Source of the DNA: Octopus sinensis
Taxonomy: Eukaryota
Direction: 5' to 3'
Length of the DNA stretch: 64,000 nucleotides
Assembly: GCF_006345805.1 (NCBI RefSeq)
Contig: NC_043024.1
Location: 1,984,001-2,048,000, forward strand
This document shows positions 61,502 to 64,000 of this stretch, piece by piece. Both the position numbers and the translations under genes were made by a program. Position 1 is the first letter of the stretch. Each line of letters opens with the position of its first letter. The notes beneath the pieces are model-generated. The model saw only the letters and a list, made by a program, of their open reading frames with translations. It was not told the DNA's origin and did not search any database.

Positions 61502-63850
61502 TATCATCATCGTTTAGCGTCTGCTTTCCATGCTAGCATGGGTTGGACGGTTCAACCGGGGTCTGGGAAGCCCGAAGGCTGCACCAGGCCAGTCAGATCT
61601 GGCAGTGTTTCTACAGATGGATGCCCTTCCTAGCGCCAACTACTCTGAGAGTGTAGTGGGTGATTTTATGTGCCACCGACACAGGTGCCAGACGAGGTTG
61701 GCGAACGGCCACGCTCGGATGGTGTTTTTTATGTGCCACCGACACAGGTGCCAGACGAGGCTGGCAGACGGCCACGCTCGGATGGTGTTTTTTATGTGCC
61801 GCCAACACAGGTGCCAGACGAGGCTGGCAAACAGCCACGCTTGGATGGTGTTTTTTATGTGCCACCGATACAGGTGCCAGACGAGGCTGGCGAACGGCCA
61901 CGCTCGGATGGTGTTTTTTTATGTGCCACCGACACAGGTGCCAGACGAGGCTGGCGAACGGCCACGCTCGGATGGTGTTTTTTTATGTGCACCGACACAG
62001 GTGCCAGACGAGGCTGGCGAACGGCCACGCTTGGATGGTGTTTTTTATGTGCCACCGACACAGGTGCCAGACGAGGCTGGCGAACGGCCACGCTCGGATG
62101 GTGTTTTTTATGTGCCACCGACACAGGTACCAGACGAGGCTAGCAGACGGCCACGCTCGGATGGTGTTTTTTATGTGCCACCGACACAGGTGCCAGACGA
62201 GGCTGGCAGACGGCCACACTCGGATGGTGTTTTTTATGTGCCACCGACACAGGTGCCAGACGAGGCTGGCGAACGGCCACGCTCGGATGGTGTTTTTTAT
62301 GTGCCACCGACACAGGTGCCAGACGAGGCTGGCGAACGGCCACGCTCGGATGGTGTTTTTTTTATTGCCACCGACACAGGTGCCAACGAGGCTGGCGAAC
62401 GGCGCACGCTTGGATGGTGTTTTTTATGTGCCACCGACACAGGTGCCAGACGAGGCTGGCGAACGGCCACGCTCGGATGGTGTTTTTTATGTGCCACCGA
62501 CACAGGTACCAGACGAGGCTAGCAGACGGCCACGCTCGGATGGTGTTTTTTATATGTGCCCCGACACAGGTGCCAGACGAGGCTGGCAGACGCCACGCTC
62601 GGATGGTGTTTTTATGTGCCACCGACCACACACAGGTGCCAGACGAGGCTGGCGAACGGCCACGCTCGGATGGTGTTTTTTATGTGCCACCGACACAGGT
62701 GCCAGACGAGGCTGGCAGACGGCCACGCTCGGATGGTGTTTTTTATGTGCCACCGACACAGGTGCCAGACGAGGCTGGCAGACGACCACGCTCGGATGGT
62801 GTTTTTATGTGCCAACCGACACAGGTGCCAGACGAGGCTGGCGAACGGCCACGCTCGGATGGTGTTTTTTATGTGCCACCGACACAGGTGCCAGACGAGG
62901 CTGCAGACGACCACGCTCGGATGGTGTTTTTTATGTGCCACCGACACAGGTGCCAGACGAGGCTGGCGAACGGCCACGCTCGGATGGTGTTTTTTATGTG
63001 CCACCGACACAGGTGCCAGACGAGGCTGGAGACGGCCACGCTCGGATGGTGTTTTTTATGTGCCACCGCCACAGGTGCCAGACGAGGCTGGCAGACGGCC
63101 ACGCTCGGATGGTGTTTTTTATGTGCCACCGACACAGGTGCCAGACGAGGCTGGCAGACGACCACGCTCGGATGGTGTTTTTATGTGCCACCGACACAGG
63201 TGCCAGACGAGGCTGGCGAACGGCCACGCTCGGATGGTTGTTTTTTTATTGTGCCACCGACACAGGTGCCAGACGAGGCTGGCGAACGGCCACGCTCGGA
63301 TGGTGTTTTTTATGTGCCACCGACACGGGTGCCAGACGGCCACGCTCGGATGGTGTTTTTTATGTGCCACCGACACAGGTGCCAGACGAGGCTGTCGAAC
63401 GGCCACGCTCAGATGATGTTTTTTATGTGCCACCGACACAGGTGCCAGACGAGGCTGGCGAACGGCCACGCTCGGATGGTGTTTTTTATGTGCCACTGAC
63501 ACAGGTGCCAGACGAGGCTGGCAGACGGCCACGCTCGGATGGTGCTTTTTATGTGCCACCGACACAATTGCCAGACGCGGCTGGCAGACGGCCACGCTCG
63601 GATGGTGTTTTTTACGTGCCACCGGCACGGAGGCCAGTCAATGAGGTACTGGCTACGGCCACGTTCGGATGGTTTTCGTATGTGCCACCGGCACTGGTAA
63701 CACAAAACTACTAATTCCATTAATGTTCATCGAGTTTACTTTTGATTTTGTCCATTTTCACTTGCCTCAACAGGTCTTCACAAGTAGAGTTTTGTGTCCC
63801 AAGAAGGAAGGTATGCATTGGTGCACTGACTACGTTCCAGGTAGGGGCCA
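61502..63850 (-). mobile_element. RTE 3'UTR fragment hosting a large minisatellite
   Basis: (CAT)n tail at 61502 and flanks identical in family to the other RTE 3'UTR copies. Confidence 0.78.
61665..63695. repeat. 63-bp minisatellite, about 32 near-identical copies
   Basis: Unit TGCCACCGACACAGGTGCCAGACGAGGCTGGCGAACGGCCACGCTCGGATGGTGTTTTTTATG; period 63 (61671 to 61734). Confidence 0.95.
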
Positions 63851-64000
63851 TACATATATGCATCTATATCTACCTATAGATGTAGGTATATACATATATG
63901 TATGTATATATGCATATGTTTATATATTATTTTGTTATATTTATATATGCTGCCCTTACATTCGAAACACGCATTGAGTCGAAACGGGGGCAGCTGAGGA

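Noticed and set aside
61530-63720. Long ORFs (684, 361, 330, 286 aa) and CRISPR-like periodicity
   Set aside because: They come from a stop-poor 63-bp minisatellite read in several frames; there are no unique spacers, no cas genes, and the context is eukaryotic.

Overview
AT-rich, repeat-dense eukaryotic DNA. The SINE/LINE repertoire and the (TA)n/(TAA)n/(GAT)n microsatellites suggest an octopod cephalopod (inference). Three intron-containing genes can be assembled by hand with frame-consistent splice sites. These are a flavin-containing monooxygenase (FMO GS-OX/senecionine N-oxygenase-like; minus strand, 5 coding exons, about 434 aa), PIGZ/GPI mannosyltransferase 4 (minus, 2 coding exons, about 746 aa, with a large Q/K/A/S-rich insertion) and NCBP2/CBP20 (plus, 4 exons, 164 aa). 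NCBP2 intron 2 is a clear U12-type (minor spliceosome) GT-AG intron. PIGZ and NCBP2 are head-to-head. The rest is tRNA-derived SINEs, RTE/CR1/R4-like/HERO-like LINE fragments, mariner relics, Helitron-like, piggyBac-like and other MITEs, and tandem arrays. The most interesting unannotated signals are (1) dispersed minimal type-I hammerhead-ribozyme motifs with covarying stems, (2) an RTE LINE with a PHD-like C4HC3 finger inside its RT region and a 3'UTR 63-bp unit that varies from about 1 to about 32 copies, and (3) a 7-fold tandem amplification of the candidate NCBP2 core promoter. Most ORFs in the supplied track are repeat artefacts. No CRISPR array or prokaryotic system is present.
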